Virus record (IMG/VR): IMGVR_UViG_3300038316_000088
Location: 1 to 37,348 of that record
Reading direction: 5' to 3' (one strand)
Source of the DNA: a virus
Lineage: Duplodnaviria; Caudoviricetes
DNA length: 37,348 bases
Both the position numbers and the translations under genes were made by a program. The notes under the pieces are model-generated. The model was not told the DNA's origin. It did no database searches and saw only the letters and a list, made by a program, of their open reading frames with translations. Each line of letters begins with the position of its first letter. Position 1 is the first letter of the stretch. Shown piece by piece: positions 37,107 to 37,348 of this stretch.

Positions 37107-37348
37107 ATGATAAAAATTAAACGGATGATGGTGCTGGATAATTCGCACAGAAACCCCACAATAACAAACGTCATACCCACCAACGGCTCAACAGTTCCCG
37201 TAAACCAAGAGATAAAAGTTACCTTCAGCGAAAACATACAACAAGGAACCACCTACAACAACATCATCCTCTGGAACGACAGCGCAAACGGACTCAAACC
37301 AACCACCAACACCATAAACGGCAACAAACTCACCATAACCACAACCAC
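37107..37348 (+). CDS. 5' part of an SbsA/Big_5-like Ig-domain protein (runs off the window)
   Basis: Manual translation MIKIKRMMVLDNSHRNPTITNVIPTNGSTVPVNQEIKVTFSENI...INGNKLTITTT; AGGAGTGA RBS. Confidence 0.8.
   Translation, partial: MIKIKRMMVLDNSHRNPTITNVIPTNGSTVPVNQEIKVTFSENIQQGTTYNNIILWNDSANGLKPTTNTINGNKLTITTT

Overview
Almost the whole genome (~37.4 kb, every credible gene on the + strand) of a siphovirus-type archaeal tailed virus (Caudoviricetes). Its host is most likely a pseudomurein-walled methanogen such as Methanobacterium. Host evidence: an endolysin with pseudomurein-binding repeats plus a C39 peptidase, a TFB-type zinc ribbon, an archaeal-type Pth2, and DUF11/PKD/SbsA-Ig adhesin modules. 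Gene order: lysis genes (155-1443); an early/replication region (1.5-14.4 kb) with many small ORFs, an SSB-like protein, a P-loop ATPase, a candidate origin, Pth2, a metallophosphoesterase and a free-standing GIY-YIG endonuclease; a surface-protein/holin/MTase block (14.5-17.1 kb); then terminase, portal, head, neck, tail tube, tape measure and tail tip. The two window ends look like the two halves of one Ig-domain gene. No integrase, tRNA or CRISPR array was seen. Top finding: a 35-nt hairpin insertion (14754-14788) breaks the frame of a secreted Cys-rich gene. Its junctions fold as a relaxed bulge-helix-bulge motif, making it a candidate tRNA-endonuclease-spliced intron in a viral mRNA. Other signals: two leaders with alternative RBS-sequestering folds, a +1 frameshift in the tail chaperone, genes bracketed by direct repeats, probable non-AUG starts and a frameshifted cell-wall sorting signal. 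All calls come from reading motifs by eye; no database searches or folding programs were run.
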